64,000 bases of DNA from Adineta vaga (Eukaryota; Animalia; Rotifera), in NCBI GenBank assembly GCA_021613535.1, contig CP075493.1:2790001-2854000 (forward strand), in the 5' to 3' direction. Under the pieces are notes generated by a model, which saw only the letters and a program-made list of their open reading frames with translations, had not been told where the DNA came from and did not search any database. This document shows, in pieces, positions 49,959 to 64,000 of this stretch. Made by a program: the position numbers and the translations under genes. Position 1 is the first letter of the stretch, and every line of letters starts with the position of its first letter.

Positions 49959-51418
49959 GATGAATCAATTAAATAATCTTCTATGAAAAAGAAAACAAAA
50001 TTTCTCTATCTATGCGTGTTCGTAGGAGTAAGCAAGAAAGAGGAATGTCAGTTGATAGAAGATAGGAAAACACATTTGTTATAGAAATCGGAATGCCAAC
50101 GTATAGAACGACTTGCCATTTGCTGATTTCTATTGTAATCATCTACATTGGAGTGTATATACGCTAGAGCTTTCTCTCTCGCTTTCACGATTACTTTAGC
50201 AAAACGATGTTTGGTTATCAATAAACCAAAACAAGACAAATTATCTGATTACTATTCTTGCTATCATTCTGATCATCTCATCGTAGATTACTAATGACGA
50301 ACGAGATGAATGAAATCGAACAAATCCTAAACGATACACACATGCGGAAATTGTTTTTGATTAGTATCTAGACAGAACAAAAACTGACTCGATAGCTATC
50401 CAAACATCCGAAACGACCCACGGGCATTTATTTTATTAACATCTAATGTTTTCTTTCACTTTCATAGTCTTGAAAAAACAAGAATTTGTCCTACAATACA
50501 TTGTTTATTTTGTAAAACAAAAGAACTCGAGCACAATGAAATCGACTATTTGGGAAAGTATTATTTAGTGCATAGAATAGAGTATCAATCAACACATTTG
50601 ATCTGATTATTAGAAACCAAAAATCGACATCGATTTATCTTCCAGACATTCATGACATCATCTAATTTTAGCAATATTTCTAATGATAAATACACAAACT
50701 CTCTCTTTTTCTTCTTTCTTCATATTCAATAACGGAAATTGCGCCTAACATTCTTCCTTCTCGAAGTATTGTTCGTCGGATTTGTTAATCATATCGAATT
50801 TCTATATGAACATCAACATAGCTTTAATATGCTTAATCAAGGCTGTGTTTTTTTTCTATTAATATCTCAAAACAATGACATTATCCTGTCTCTTTGTCTT
50901 TTGGGAATAATTACAAAACTATGTGATTGAGATTGTTTATTATACTTACACTGGAAAAAAAGATTGATGATTTGACCTAGTTTTTGTGCGTGATAATGAA
51001 CTATCTAGTTGATAGTATCATGATTCATACAAAATATTTGCTTTTTTGATTTCTTTTTCTCGAGAACTAGAAAATATCTTTGCTTTCTTCTATTTATTCT
51101 TCGTATTTTCTCTTCATCAAATTTCGTCGTCGTCAATACGAAGTGAGTACTAAGTATTCTATTGAAAAAATGATGTGAATAACTCTAACAACTATTTTAA
51201 TAAATCAAAAAAAGAGTTCTAATGGATATGTTAAGTATCATTGAGAACTGAAAATATTGAATTTATTCTAAGTATGAGGAAATCTATTTACAAACGATGA
51301 TATGAATAAAAGCGACATCTTCTGTTGAATAGCATCCGTTGGTTACATATTTCTTTCTAAATCAATTTATACGAAAAACTAGACCAGATAGATAGATCAT
51401 TATATTCTTCGTATTTAA

Positions 51419-54173
51419 ATGTCGTCAACTTCTATTTCCTTGTCATCAATTCAATTGAATCAAATAACATCATTAACGAAATTATGTTCCAATGCATTAG
51501 TTTTAGTTGATCAAATCACATTTGAATGGTTTCATATGACAAATCTCATCGGACATTTATTTTGTTCAATTGATCATCCAACAATAAAATTAATCAATGA
51601 TCTAGTAAATAAAACTGTATTTATTTCTTTCTCAATAATTTTTCGTTTGTTTTTAGAATCTATTTGAAAATAATAAACATAAACATTTAGTTATTATTCT
51701 AAGTGAATCAATTGCAATAGCTCGTTTGAATCAAATCTGTAGTCAACATTCATTTGATTCAATTGATTTATTAACAAGTTCACCAACATTAATTGATGAT
51801 TATAATAATGAATTAGATGAACATTTATTTGATTTATTACAATTAAAATATTTACAATTTCCTTTTATATCAATAACTGAACAGTTCTTTTTAATACCAA
51901 CACTTATTCCATATCGATTGCCATCAATTGAAACGATTACTTCATTCAATAATGAAAAAATTAAAGTAAATGATTTCTCTTATCGATCAATTTTATTCTT
52001 GATATCATTTTTAAGACATTAACTTCATTAGATGGAATCTTTCATACAGATGAAATTAAAACTATTCGAGTAAGAAAATAAGATATTGAATTCATGAAAA
52101 ATAATCAATGAATGTATTCTTTTTCCTTATTCAAAAGACTTATTCCGAAATGTTAAACACATTAATGGCAAGTATGAATGCATATGAAGATATTTTTGCA
52201 CTTGGTCCATTAAGTCATATTATTGCGCGTGAATATACACAAATGAAGCATACGAAACAACGACGAAGAGTAGGGAAATTCATTTGATTTGATTGAATTC
52301 GAAATAAAATTCGATTATTTTAGTCCGGTGAAAATAAAATTGCACTCTTACTGATTGACCGACATTTAGACTTAGCAACACCATCAGCACATCAACAGGA
52401 TACTTTACTTGCACAAATGATTAATATTTTACCCAATAAAAGAATTCAAAGTACCGATAAATGTCAACAACGAACCATTGATATTAAAGTTGATACACGA
52501 GCATTAATAAAAAGTTCCTCGTAAGTTTTCATCTCGTTTTCTTTTGTTTCATTTTGAATTTTTGTTTATTATATAGAATGAAATTTGAGAATGATTTTAA
52601 TTCATATTTCTTTGCTGATATGAAACGACGAGTAGAAAATTTAGATGCAAAATCAATATTTGATAATATTGTTTATTCCAAATCGAAGGTATATTAGATC
52701 GAAAAAGAAATGAAGATAAAATGACTTTTTTCTCGATTTATTCAGGTAGCTACAAGTGAAGTATTTACTCATCTACTTGAATCTCTTATTTACAATAATT
52801 TGGAAACAAAAATTAAACCTGTGAAAGTCTCTGCAGCTGCAATCAGTGCATGTTTAGAAAAATTTCGGTAACAAAAGAACATAAAACATAGTTTATCATA
52901 CGTTACTTCGCAATTTCGTTTTAGACAATCGCCAATAACTGTTTGTAAGAATTATGAATTATTAGTCATGTCTTGTTGTCTTATGCAATTGTTGGATTCT
53001 GTTAGTCAAAACCAAAAAATTGAACGATTAGCTGGTCTTGAAAAAGTATATATTAATAAAACTAAAAGAAAATGAGATGGATAATTGTCTTCTTAGATTC
53101 TTGTACAAGCTTTAACAACAAATGCAGGTCCTAGTCCATATTCAATTGTTTTACAAACATTAAAAGAAGATTTAACTAAACCTGAAGAACAACGGTTCGT
53201 TCGTTTTCCGAACGATTAACTCGTTATTTTAGTTTAAATCTTTATTTTGTTTTAGTCAATTAAAATTGATAGATTATATTATTCTACTTGTTCACATTTA
53301 TTCTCTTGCTGGAAATGATGTTTTCTATGGTAAAGAAGAAAAAGATCGTATACATGTAAATATACTTTGATAAAAGTCAAGTTTAACTAAACGAAAAACA
53401 AACATCAATCAATTATTTGTAGAAGTTAATTGGAAAAGAAATTCTCGTCGATTCTTCATTTACAAATGAACTTCGTCAAGAAATGAAAAGTATAAATAAC
53501 TTCAAATTACATAATCATTCTAATCATCAATTCATTCTAGTCTTAGGATATTCATTAGAAATCGAACATGTACTTGATGTTATCTATGAACAACTTGATT
53601 TACTATCATCACATAAACGTCGTTATAAACATTTAAAGTTTGTTTCTCTTGTTTTTCAATTCATTTTTCAATTATTTATATTTAGCTCACTTGTTGTTCA
53701 TGGTAATGATGAACAACCTACCTATCGTCAATCATTACTTAAACAAATATTTGATCTTCACAAACGAGTTCGTTCATCTGCTTCAACAAGTCAACAGGAA
53801 CAATTGTTACAAGATATTGAACATGTTCCATTCGATGGTTTTACAGATTTTGTTAAAAGTGCTGCAAGAGGGTAAATATTTAATTGATTTGTATGACTAA
53901 TTACTATATGAAATGATTTTTGTAGATTCTTTCGTGACTGCGAAACCAACATTAGTTAGTAATGATTATTCGACCTTAGTTATTTTTATTGTGGGTGGAG
54001 TAACAACACAGGAAATACAATTTGTTCAAGAGTATAGCCAACAAATAAAAAAACAAGTATGCAATAATATTTTTCTATTTATTATGAATAGATCAACAAT
54101 CTATTTTTAGATTATCATTGGTTCGTCGGGTATTATAAAACCGGAAGATATTTTATCAATGTTATTAAATTAA
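51419..54173 (+). CDS. SCFD2: Sec1 family domain-containing protein 2-like (many short exons)
   Basis: EDIFALGPLSHIIA, IALLLIDRHLDLATP, DIEHV..DFVKS, LVIFIVGGVTTQEI, QIIIGSSGIIKPEDILSMLLN*. Confidence 0.8.
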
Positions 54174-54586
54174 AAACTTGCGTTTTATATTTCTTCGTTG
54201 TTAATTTCTAAAATAAACCTAAAATATATGCGTATTTCAGTGATAAATAGCGTATTTGTTTTCGAGTAATATATTGGTCATGACAAAAACAGCCTTGTGC
54301 GTTTTGTTGATCAGAAAAAAATATGCGTAAAAATAATACAATATAATGAGCTTTGCTTGATATGCGTGTGTTTGTCATACCTTTATTCATTGATTGACAC
54401 GAGAAATACGTACTATTTATCTTGCATACAAACATCGCCCACACACTTACCTTCAACTGAGATAGAGTAATATATGTGCATTCGCGCGAATAACATTTGA
54501 ACCATTAGTTCTGTTGCTTGAAGTCAAACAAATATATATATATATCTCTTCGTACATAAACTATTTGAATTGTTCTTATCACTGAC

Positions 54587-55340
54587 ATGTCTCAAATAGC
54601 GAAAAAATCATTCTCAACAAAACTAATACGATCTCGGTCGTCTATCACATTTGGTAAGAAAGAAAAGGCAAATCAACAAATGGATACGAATTCGAAACAT
54701 TTGAGTACGGCGAAATACATTTCAAATCAACGTGAAAAAGCACGTGAGATTGTTTCATGTTTACAACGAAAAAATATTAAATTAATCGCGATTGATTTTG
54801 ATAATACATTCTTATCAATTCATACCAGTGGTTTCTATCAAGGAACAGTTGATAATTTAATTGAATATATTCGTTCAACATTTTATTATTTTATTCAAGA
54901 AATACTTAATTCACCAGCATTTGGTCAAACACTTCATGTATGTATTGTCACATTTTCATCCCAAGAACAATTAATACGTAAATTACTTCAATTAGCGTTC
55001 AAAACTCCGTAAGTTTTCTTTTTGGAAACTGATTCAATAATTAATTCATATTTTTAGTAAAACAGAACGAATTATTATTCGAGGTAACACACCAAAATTA
55101 ATATCAAATATGAATGACGAAGATTTTCTTGGTAAACAGTTTCATTTATCATCTGTTATTACTGAATTAGCAACACAACGAAAGAAAACAATAAAACCAC
55201 ATGAAATCTTACTATTAGATGATGATGTACAAAATATTCTCATTGCCGAAAAATTTGGACATAAAGTATTGGAAATTCGTGATGGAATTAACCTTGACAT
55301 TCTAAAAGAATTTACTTTTAATGTATTACCTAAATGTTAA
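54587..55340 (+). CDS. HAD-superfamily hydrolase (2 exons: ~54587-55008, 55058-55340)
   Basis: Motif I LIAIDFDNT, motif II IVTFS, motif III GK, motif IV LLLDDDVQNI. Confidence 0.85.
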
Positions 55341-56563
55341 ATTTGTAAACATTTTAATAGGCAATGAAATGGGAAGTTTTAGCAGATTAAATTTACTGAG
55401 ATGAAAATCTAATTTAAGAATGATTTATCAATACTCATCAAGGAAGTTTTGTTTTCTGCGTGTCGGCTTCGCGATATGCCAAAACATTATAAAGTTCGAA
55501 TGAGAAATGTAAATTGATCTATTGTTTTCAATTTTTTTATCAAAAACTTATCTATGGTGAATAAATAGATCCATTATCTATTGATTAAATAGTATCAAAT
55601 ACGCAAAAATTGTCAACTATTTACGTATTAAATCCGCTGAAAAACTTCGAATGTATCAAAAATTTGCTAATACATATTTTTCGATGGGACCACAAATATA
55701 TTTGACTAAACTTCTCTACTTACAATTTGAAGTGTACTGTCGAACACTTTCTTTTTTATCAGATTATATATATAGTAACAATTGCACATAATCGATTATA
55801 TCGTAATCCTATACATAATTCATTTGTCAATAAAACATAGATGAAATGAAAGTGAAACTGTTCATCGATATATTTCATCGAGGAAAAAAAAGGCAAGTTT
55901 AGTGTATTTTTGAATGTTATTAACTTGATTTTTGGTGAGAGACAATAATCTCGTGACCAAATCGATTACTCATCAAATAGTCATTTTTTTATCCTTTTTC
56001 TTCTCTATCAAAACGACTTGTTTTCGTTCGTATTATACAGAAATCGATGAGTCAAATTCACGATTTACTTTGTTTTCGACTAGTAGAAAAAAAAGAAACG
56101 ATTCGTACATAGAAGTTAAGTGCTCCGTTACCTTTTTCATGTAATATAATAGTATATATGTCGATTGATTCATTCATTCATCCTAAGTTTTCGTTTTTCT
56201 TTTTTAAATAGAATATTTAATCGTGATCATTGTCAATTGCACGCATGTATGTATACTTAGTCTCTTATATTTGCAATTTTATTTGAACATCTCAATTGAA
56301 TACATCTTTATTTGATTATAGTGAAATGAGCGCCATCTAGTCTATTCTCTTGTTCGATTGGTAATCATTATTGAGAACAACAAATAAACAAATAAATAAA
56401 AGTTGACTCAGTCTCCTATCGCTAGTAAAAGAATAATGATTATTCGCTCGTTCGATCGATGACGAAGAAATTGAGTTGACTCAGACGATATATTTACGAA
56501 CATAAGAGAAATAAAAAACGAACAAATCTTAAATTTATTATTCTACTTTTTTCAGAACTAGCC

Positions 56564-59500
56564 ATGGCGACTCACGCTGGAAATCCAAGTAACTATTGAA
56601 ATTTATTTGAAGATCAATTAGAAAGATCATCTCTCATTGTTTAGATATGGAATTATTAATTCCAATGATCAATCAACTTCAACATATCTTCACTGCAGTA
56701 AATGCTAGATTGACATTAACATTGCCACAAATAGCAGTGGTCGGTGCTCAATCTGCTGGTAAAAGTTCTGTACTTGAAAATATTGTTGGACGGTAATTTG
56801 AAATAATTTATTTATTTTTCTCTATCATACTTTGTTTTTCTGTTCAATAGAGATTTTCTTCCTCGCGGTGGAAATATGGTCACAAAACGACCACTTGTAT
56901 TACAATTGATAACATCACAAGGACAAGGTAGATAAATAAAAGAAATAAATACATTTCATCTTACTTATTATGATTAGAATATGCCGTATTTGGACATAAA
57001 CCACAACAAAGATTTATTAATTATGCTGATGTACGAGCAGAAATTGAAAATGATACAAAAGCAGTTGTACGAGAAGATATGGGTGTTTCAAATATACCGA
57101 TTAATTTAACAATTTATTCACCACATGGTAATAATCTATTGAAATGATATCATACAGGATTTGTATTACAACATTTTATCTATCTTTAGTTGTTAATCTT
57201 ACTCTGGTCGATTTACCAGGCATGGTTAAAGTACCATCGCAAGGTCAACCTCCGGATATTGTGAAGAAGATTGATGATATTATTATCGAATATATAAGCA
57301 ATGAAAATTGTCTTATTCTTGCTGTCACACCAGCCAACATTGATATTGTTACCTCAGATGCTTTAGTTATGGCACGTAGTCGAGATCCAATGGGTAAACG
57401 TACAATTGGTGTTCTAACTAAACTTGATATGATGGGTAAAGGACATAATGCTCGTGATGTCCTTTTAAATAAAGTTGTCGTACTTGAACGAGGTAAATTA
57501 TCATAAACGAAATAAATAAAATACATATTTGAATTAATTAATTTAGGTTTTATTGGTGTTGTCCTTCGTGGTCTACGTTTGGACGAATATGGTCGAGCAT
57601 CCAAAGAATTAGATATTCCAGGAGCTCTTGAACATGAACGACAATTTTTTCAAAGTGAACCAGCATATCGGTAAAGAAATTATAAACTTCTTTCTATTAA
57701 TAAGTCTTGTGTGCTTTTTTCTCTTCTCTTAGTGATATTGCTGATCGTATGGGCGTTCCATTTTTACAACGTACGTTGAGCATTCAATTGACTGAACATA
57801 TTCTTAAATGTCTTCCTGAGTTAAAACGAGAATTAACGGCTCGACATCGTGATCTATCCAAAGAAGTTGCAGAATATCGTGCAACAGCCATGTTTGATAG
57901 TTCAACAACTTCGGATACGAAAGCTCTTGTTGGGTAATATAACACAATGACTACTGAAATCAATGTAAAAAAACGAAAACATTGAATTTTAGATTAACAC
58001 ATGAATTACGTGAAGATTTTGATACTGCTTTACAAGGCACACATTTAAAAGAATCCGATTTAAAGACATTAACTGGTGGTGCACGCATTGCTAATATCTT
58101 TCGTGAACGTTTTCCATTTGAATTAGTGAAAGTATGTATTTATATGAAATTGACTATTTTTCCCAAATAAATCAATCTTTAGACTGAATTACAAGATAAA
58201 GATATGCGTAATCAAACAATAGTAGCGATTAAAAACATTCGTGGTTTTCGGTATGTTTCATTCTTTTTTTTTCTCGTTTGTTATTTATGGAATTTTTTTT
58301 ATCATTTAGATCGGGTCTTTTCACCCCTGATGAAGCATTTGAATATATTGTTCAAATGCAAATATCAAAATTTGAAGAACCAGTTATAAAATGTGTAGAT
58401 ATGGTTGTATCAGAATTAATGGCTATTATTCATGAAGCAACTAGTAAAGTAAGATTTGTTTCTGTCAAGAGATCAATTCTTTTTTTTTAAACAATTTAAA
58501 TTTTTATTTTCAGATGAAACGTTATCCATTATTACGACAATCCACTGAAGAATTATTAATACAATACCTTCGTGAACGTGAAATTGCAACTAAACAAGCA
58601 TGTCAAAATTATATTCAAACTCAGTTATCGTATATAAATACGAATAATGAAGATTTCATTGGATTTGCAGGGTAAAGTGTTCTTTTTCTTTTTTTTTTCG
58701 TTTTTCTAGCAATACGAATGTATTAAATCTTAATGTCACAGTATTGACCTTCATTTTACTCAGTATGTGTCTCTGTCGTTATTTACATTCGTCTCATCTT
58801 GTAAAGATCATACACGCATAAGACTTATTTCAAAAATATTGATAATAATAATAAGTTATATCACGTTAATAGACATAAGAAAAATGTTGATATAGATCAG
58901 ATGTGAAATGTCATTATGCGATCTATTTGTATGACTGATTGAATGAAGAGATAGTCATATTGACTAGTAAATTAAACATATACATTCAATATCAATATAT
59001 ATAACAATTAGCATTTTGTGTCATAATCGTCGTGGATGTGCTTAAGAACGTTCTTTTCATTACGTCATTGTTAGAATTTATCGAAGGTTTATTATATGCC
59101 TAGATATCCAGTAAACATAATCTGTTGTTGATTGTATATAATCAAATATATTTCTATTGATATTGTCCGGAATTTTGAATGTTTATTCTTTTTTTAGTGC
59201 GGAAAAATCAGTCGCTGCCGGTGAAGTCAAACGAACGGTTACAAATCAGGTAAAATTAGATGATTTTATATAATTCAATTGCTAATCTTATTCAATATGA
59301 ATTATCTATTGTAGGTTATACGCAAAGGTTTTCTTCGTGTTCATACTGGTGTGAAATTATTTCAAGCCAAAGACTGCTTTTTTGTTTTATCAACTGACAA
59401 TTTATCTTGGTTTACTGATTCTGATGTAAGATATCGAATCAAATCTTATGTATTAGAATCAATTGAATATTTGCCTGTTTTTGTAGGAAAAAGAAAAGAA

Positions 59501-61551
59501 ATATATGTTACCATTAGAAAATCTTAAAATTCGTGATGTTGAAGGTGGTTTCATGGCTAAACGACCACAATTTGCGATATTCAATATTGATTCAAAGTAA
59601 ATTCATTTTGAAATTGTATATCAACAAATAACTATATCTATTTTTTAGAAATGTATATAAGGAACATAAAACTCTTGAATTATCAGTTGATAATTCGGAA
59701 GAACTTGATATGTGGAAAGCATCATTTTTACGTGCTGGTGTTTATCCTGAACGTGAACAACCTCATGAAGATACTCAAGTAAGATTTATTACGAATAAAT
59801 ATTCGATAGTGTAATGATTTAAAATCTTTTCAGGCAACAGCTGAAGTTGGTCCTGTTGATCCACATATGGAACGACAAGTTGAAACAATCAATAAATTAG
59901 TAACATCCTATATGCAAATTGTTGCTAAAATGACACGTGATTACATTCCAAAAACTATTATGTTTCATATCGTTCAAAATGTAAATCGATATTATCTTAT
60001 TTTGTATTATTTATTAAGTTTATTCGAATTGAATTTTAGATGCAAAAATTTGTTGCAAAAGAATTATTAGCACATCTCTACGCACTCCCTGATCCAGTAA
60101 GAATATATTAATGATGAATCGAAGATGTTGATTTGTCTTTTTTCTGTATTTAGAAATCATTATTACAAGAATCAGAAGAAGAACGACAACGACGAGAAGC
60201 AAAACTTGCTGAATTTGAAGCCATTAAAAGTGTATGTCTCGTTTAGAAATTGATGTACGAAAATACAGTTGAATATTCAATTCATTTTAGGCATTAAGTA
60301 TCATTGAAAATTTCCATACCAATGCACGTAAAGTAGCTGGTTCAGTTATGCCAGCTTCGGTATTAGCTGCTGGTTTTTCAAGTGCTACAGCAAATACAAA
60401 TAATTTTGGATCATCTTCTGGTTATTCATCAAACTCTCTTGATACCTCCTATTTTCAATCATCATTTGCAACGTATGCAGAGCATTCATATTAGAAAGTT
60501 ACTTATCTATTTATAAATTTATTTCTAGAAATCGCCCACCAAGTCCCAATCCATCACGAAAACAACCGGCACCACCCAATCCAATACCAGCTTCCTTTCC
60601 ATCACGTGAACCACCACCACCTCCACTTCGTCCAAGTCCGGTACCAAGTGGATTTGGTAGTAATTCATCAACTTTACCAGCACCAATTATGCCTCAGTAA
60701 GTTTTTCGTTTATATCTATGAAATTTTTTGTCTTATATATATATATGTATCTGTATATGAATGAGTTCAATATTTCTTCTTGCACTTTCCTATCAGGACT
60801 AATTCATCATATAAACCACAACCAATGCCATCATCATCTAATAATTTATTTTCGGAATTAAACGATAAATTAGCAAGACAAGTAGCGTGAGTTTCACCTG
60901 CCTAGGCTATAATATTGACCAAGGGCGATTGTCAAAAGCTAATTATGCTAATCATTCTTACATTCTGCTCATAAAATAATTTTTATATCATTTGTTTGAT
61001 GTTGTTTCGTATTTGTCTCATCTTCTATAGACGAGCTCAGTCATCATCGATGAATTCATCATCATCACAATCGTCATCTAATATGTTTCACGGATTAGAT
61101 CCGTTTGCGACACCTTCATCGGTGTACCAAAATGGTACATCAACCCCACCGATACCAGCGTAAGTTTGAATTCAATCTAACAAATATTTTACATATCGCT
61201 CACTGAAACTGATGATTCTTCTCACGGATTGATTTTTCTTTTTTCTTACTAATTGCATGTGTTTTGCTTCTACTAACATAGCGCTCATATGTCAATGCTT
61301 CTCTTCTTTTTGCAGACCGATTATGAATCTACAAGGCAGAGCAAGCCCACAACCCGGGGGCTTGCCACCGCCTTTATCGCCGCTGTAAGTTATAACTACT
61401 GTTGTCTGTATTTGTGAAAATCTTTCTTTTGAGATACTTGATCTTGTTAAGACCAATAAATACTCATTTTTGTATTAATTATTTTAGTCGACCAACACCA
61501 TCCATTCCACCACGACCATTCGAGCGTCCACCTGTTCCACAACGAAATTAA
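56564..61551 (+). CDS. DNM: Classical dynamin (GTPase, middle, PH, GED, proline-rich domain)
   Basis: [74 protein letters not shown] domain [52 protein letters not shown], Pro-rich tail. Confidence 0.97.
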
Positions 61552-62557
61552 ATCTGAATATTAGATCTGGTATACAGCAAAAAAGTTACATTCATCACTT
61601 ATTCTCTCATTCTTAATGTAACCACCTGTTTTTCTTGTGTATAAAGCGTCTTTTACTTGTGCGTGCGTGTGTGTGTGTTTATTCATCTAGATGCAATTAT
61701 CTCATTATAGAACTCTCAATCATAATACACATATATTTTATTCTTGACCGTTGCACAGCTTACTATCATTATTTTTTTCCTCGTCATTTTGGTCTCTTGA
61801 CTGTAAATTTTTTTGTGTTCCGGTTATCGAAACAACAAATATCAAAGAAGCAAAAATCCTTTCGTTTGATAGTTCGTGCAACCAAAATAAATGAGTAGAG
61901 TCTTTCCCTCCAATGTTCCTTCTGTTATTTAGACATTTACGTAATTGATGTTGTAGGTTTTTGTGTATGTGTATGTGTATAATTGTATCTTGTGCTTTCT
62001 CGAACAGTGTCTATATCGATTCTGAAATTCATTTTATTTATTTGATTTTTTCCATCATATTCATACTATTTGTAGAAAAAAAACCAAATACACTAAAAAC
62101 GTCAACACCTGTTTATTCAAATTCTTATCTCATTGTTCTTGTTTGCGTATATTATTATTATTACTATTTTTCCATTTCTAACACAGATATTATACACTAC
62201 CTTAACTGATTATTCGTAATGTCATTGTATGTAGATTGTTCTTCTTCTTTTTCTTCTTCTTCTTCTTCTACTACTTGGTTGAATTCATTTGTAGCCCTTT
62301 TTCATATCGCTAAGCTGCGTTGCGCTGAATTTTCTCTTTAATAAAAAACATACGTGATCCTACATTCTTTCTTTCTTTCTTTTTGATTAAATTTAATTCG
62401 AAACAGAGCTTCTATTCGTGTACATGACTATACGAACAAGTAGGACTGATAGTTAGGTTAGATGAACATTCTTACAATACATACATTTCTTTTTCAATAA
62501 TATTTGTAGATTTTCTTAGTCGACAGTTAACATGTGATTATTTCTATTCGTCTTATC

Positions 62558-64000
62558 ATGTGGTAGGTCACATAGTTTTAGTTTTATTAATTCATAGTTT
62601 CACGTATTACAATTTCCGTCGTTAGGCCATCGCGTTTTAAGCAATATTCTGTTGTTCAACAACAAGGAACTGATCATCATGAAACAGATACAAATTTAGC
62701 TTTCACAATTCCTCGAGAATTTATTACTCGACAAGATTTAACATCCGGTTCTTTATTTCATGGTAGAATTCTACTGTAATATTGTTAATAAGAAAACAAA
62801 TCTTGTCTTTCTTTTTATCTTAGGTGGTATTGACAGTCCATCAATCAATGCAATCGATCCTATATCAAAACAACCTGTACATATAACAAAATATCTTTGT
62901 CTAAAATCAAAAACAAGTACTCCACAATATATAAATCATTTATATGAACGTATTCTTCTTACCAGTCATCTATCACATCCAAATGTTCGTCGAATTTTAT
63001 CTTGGTATATTGCTGATGCTTGTCTATATTCCATTACTGGTCTTATACAAGGTACATTACGTCATGCAATTCAATCGGAAACATTTACACTTGAACGTAT
63101 TGCTCGTTTATCATTACAAATTATCAATGGAACAATTTATTTACAATCCAAAGGTCTTTGTCCATTAACACCTTGGTAAAAATCATTTGTAATCAAAACA
63201 ATTGTCGACTTCTTTTTTCTTTCTTTCAGGTATACAACAAATATTGAATTAACACGTGATGATCGAATTCGATTATGTTCACCAACAATATCAACAACAA
63301 AATTAAATGGTGGTATTGTTCATCATCATCATCTATGGAGACATGCACCAGAAAGTTTAATTCGAATGATTATTGAAAATGAATCTCTCGTTAAGTATGT
63401 TGAATATGATTGTCCTTGATTTGCATTCGAAAAGACTTTGTTTTCCTATCTATTCAAGGCAGTTTCTATTTTTCACAACTAGTCACAGTTTCTTCAGGCT
63501 AAAAATAACATTACAGATGAAGTATTGATGTAAAAAAAGGTCTGTTTATCTATTTGTTTTTTTACAAACAAAAGTCAATGAGATTCTTAAAAGTAACATT
63601 TTTCTCTACGCCAAAACTGTTACTATTTTTAGTCATCATGTTTTGAGTTACTCTCTTCTTCAATACATGACTTTTCAAAGAATAAACAATAGTTCGAATT
63701 GATCAAGGACACATCTATGAAATATGATTCATCATTATCAAATAGTTAATAAATATTTTCGTAGTCCTACTCGTTTTATTAACATTCCATGAATTGATTG
63801 ATGTCTTTGTTTTAGTATTGGATCATTCGATAATTCAAAAGAAGATGTTTGGTCAATTGCTTGTATCATTGTTGAAATGATGATTAATACAATCTTATTT
63901 CGTCCACCAAACGATGATCCACATTTACAATTACTTCATATTGTTCAATTAGTTGGTGGTTTAACAACATCTTTAATCGATTGTTTTCCAATGCATGTTA
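62558..64000 (+). CDS. p38/JNK-like MAPK-fold pseudokinase (3' end runs off window)
   Basis: FTIPREF, AIDPISKQPVHITK, SHLSHPNV, LQIINGTIYLQSKG, LWRHAPE, EDVWSIACIIVEMM..LF..HLQLLHIVQLVG; HRD and DFG absent. Confidence 0.75.

Noticed and set aside
57245-57604. 119-aa minus-strand ORF
   Set aside because: Antisense shadow of dynamin GTPase exons.
1-64000. CRISPR arrays, rRNA genes, autonomous transposons, operon-like prokaryotic clusters
   Set aside because: None seen; the sequence is intron-rich eukaryotic DNA with no regularly spaced repeats and no transposase or reverse-transcriptase motifs.

Overview
AT-rich, gene-dense eukaryotic DNA with many short (mostly 45-70 bp) GT-AG introns. Composition, intron size and several apparently foreign genes suggest a bdelloid rotifer (inference, not proven). 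By manual splicing I reconstruct about 25 protein-coding genes. They include an SH3 protein, a P4H-like 2OG-Fe(II) oxygenase, two tandem small membrane paralogs, a PAIP2-like PAM2 protein, two adjacent BRCA1/BARD1-type tandem-BRCT genes, two class A GPCRs, SLX9, a calpain, an anoctamin, EGF, hevein and CBM14 secreted proteins, a putative peptide precursor, an SLC16 transporter, a MysC-like ATP-grasp enzyme, SCFD2, a HAD hydrolase, dynamin and a MAPK-like pseudokinase. There are also two tRNA genes and one hAT-type MITE. Most striking: (1) a three-level nested locus, where an anoctamin gene fills a 3.9-kb calpain intron end to end on the opposite strand, places its stop codon inside the calpain exon, and carries a tRNA-Leu gene in one of its own introns; the calpain ends in a CaaX box. 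(2) An intron-containing homolog of the mycosporine sunscreen ligase MysC with rewritten catalytic motifs. (3) A secreted lectin with four hevein (plant/fungal-type) domains. (4) A pair of RING-less BRCA1-like BRCT genes with different zinc-binding modules. Three isolated 1-nt deletions in otherwise intact genes probably reflect consensus errors. All family assignments come from motif recognition, not database searches, and exon boundaries are hand-called.
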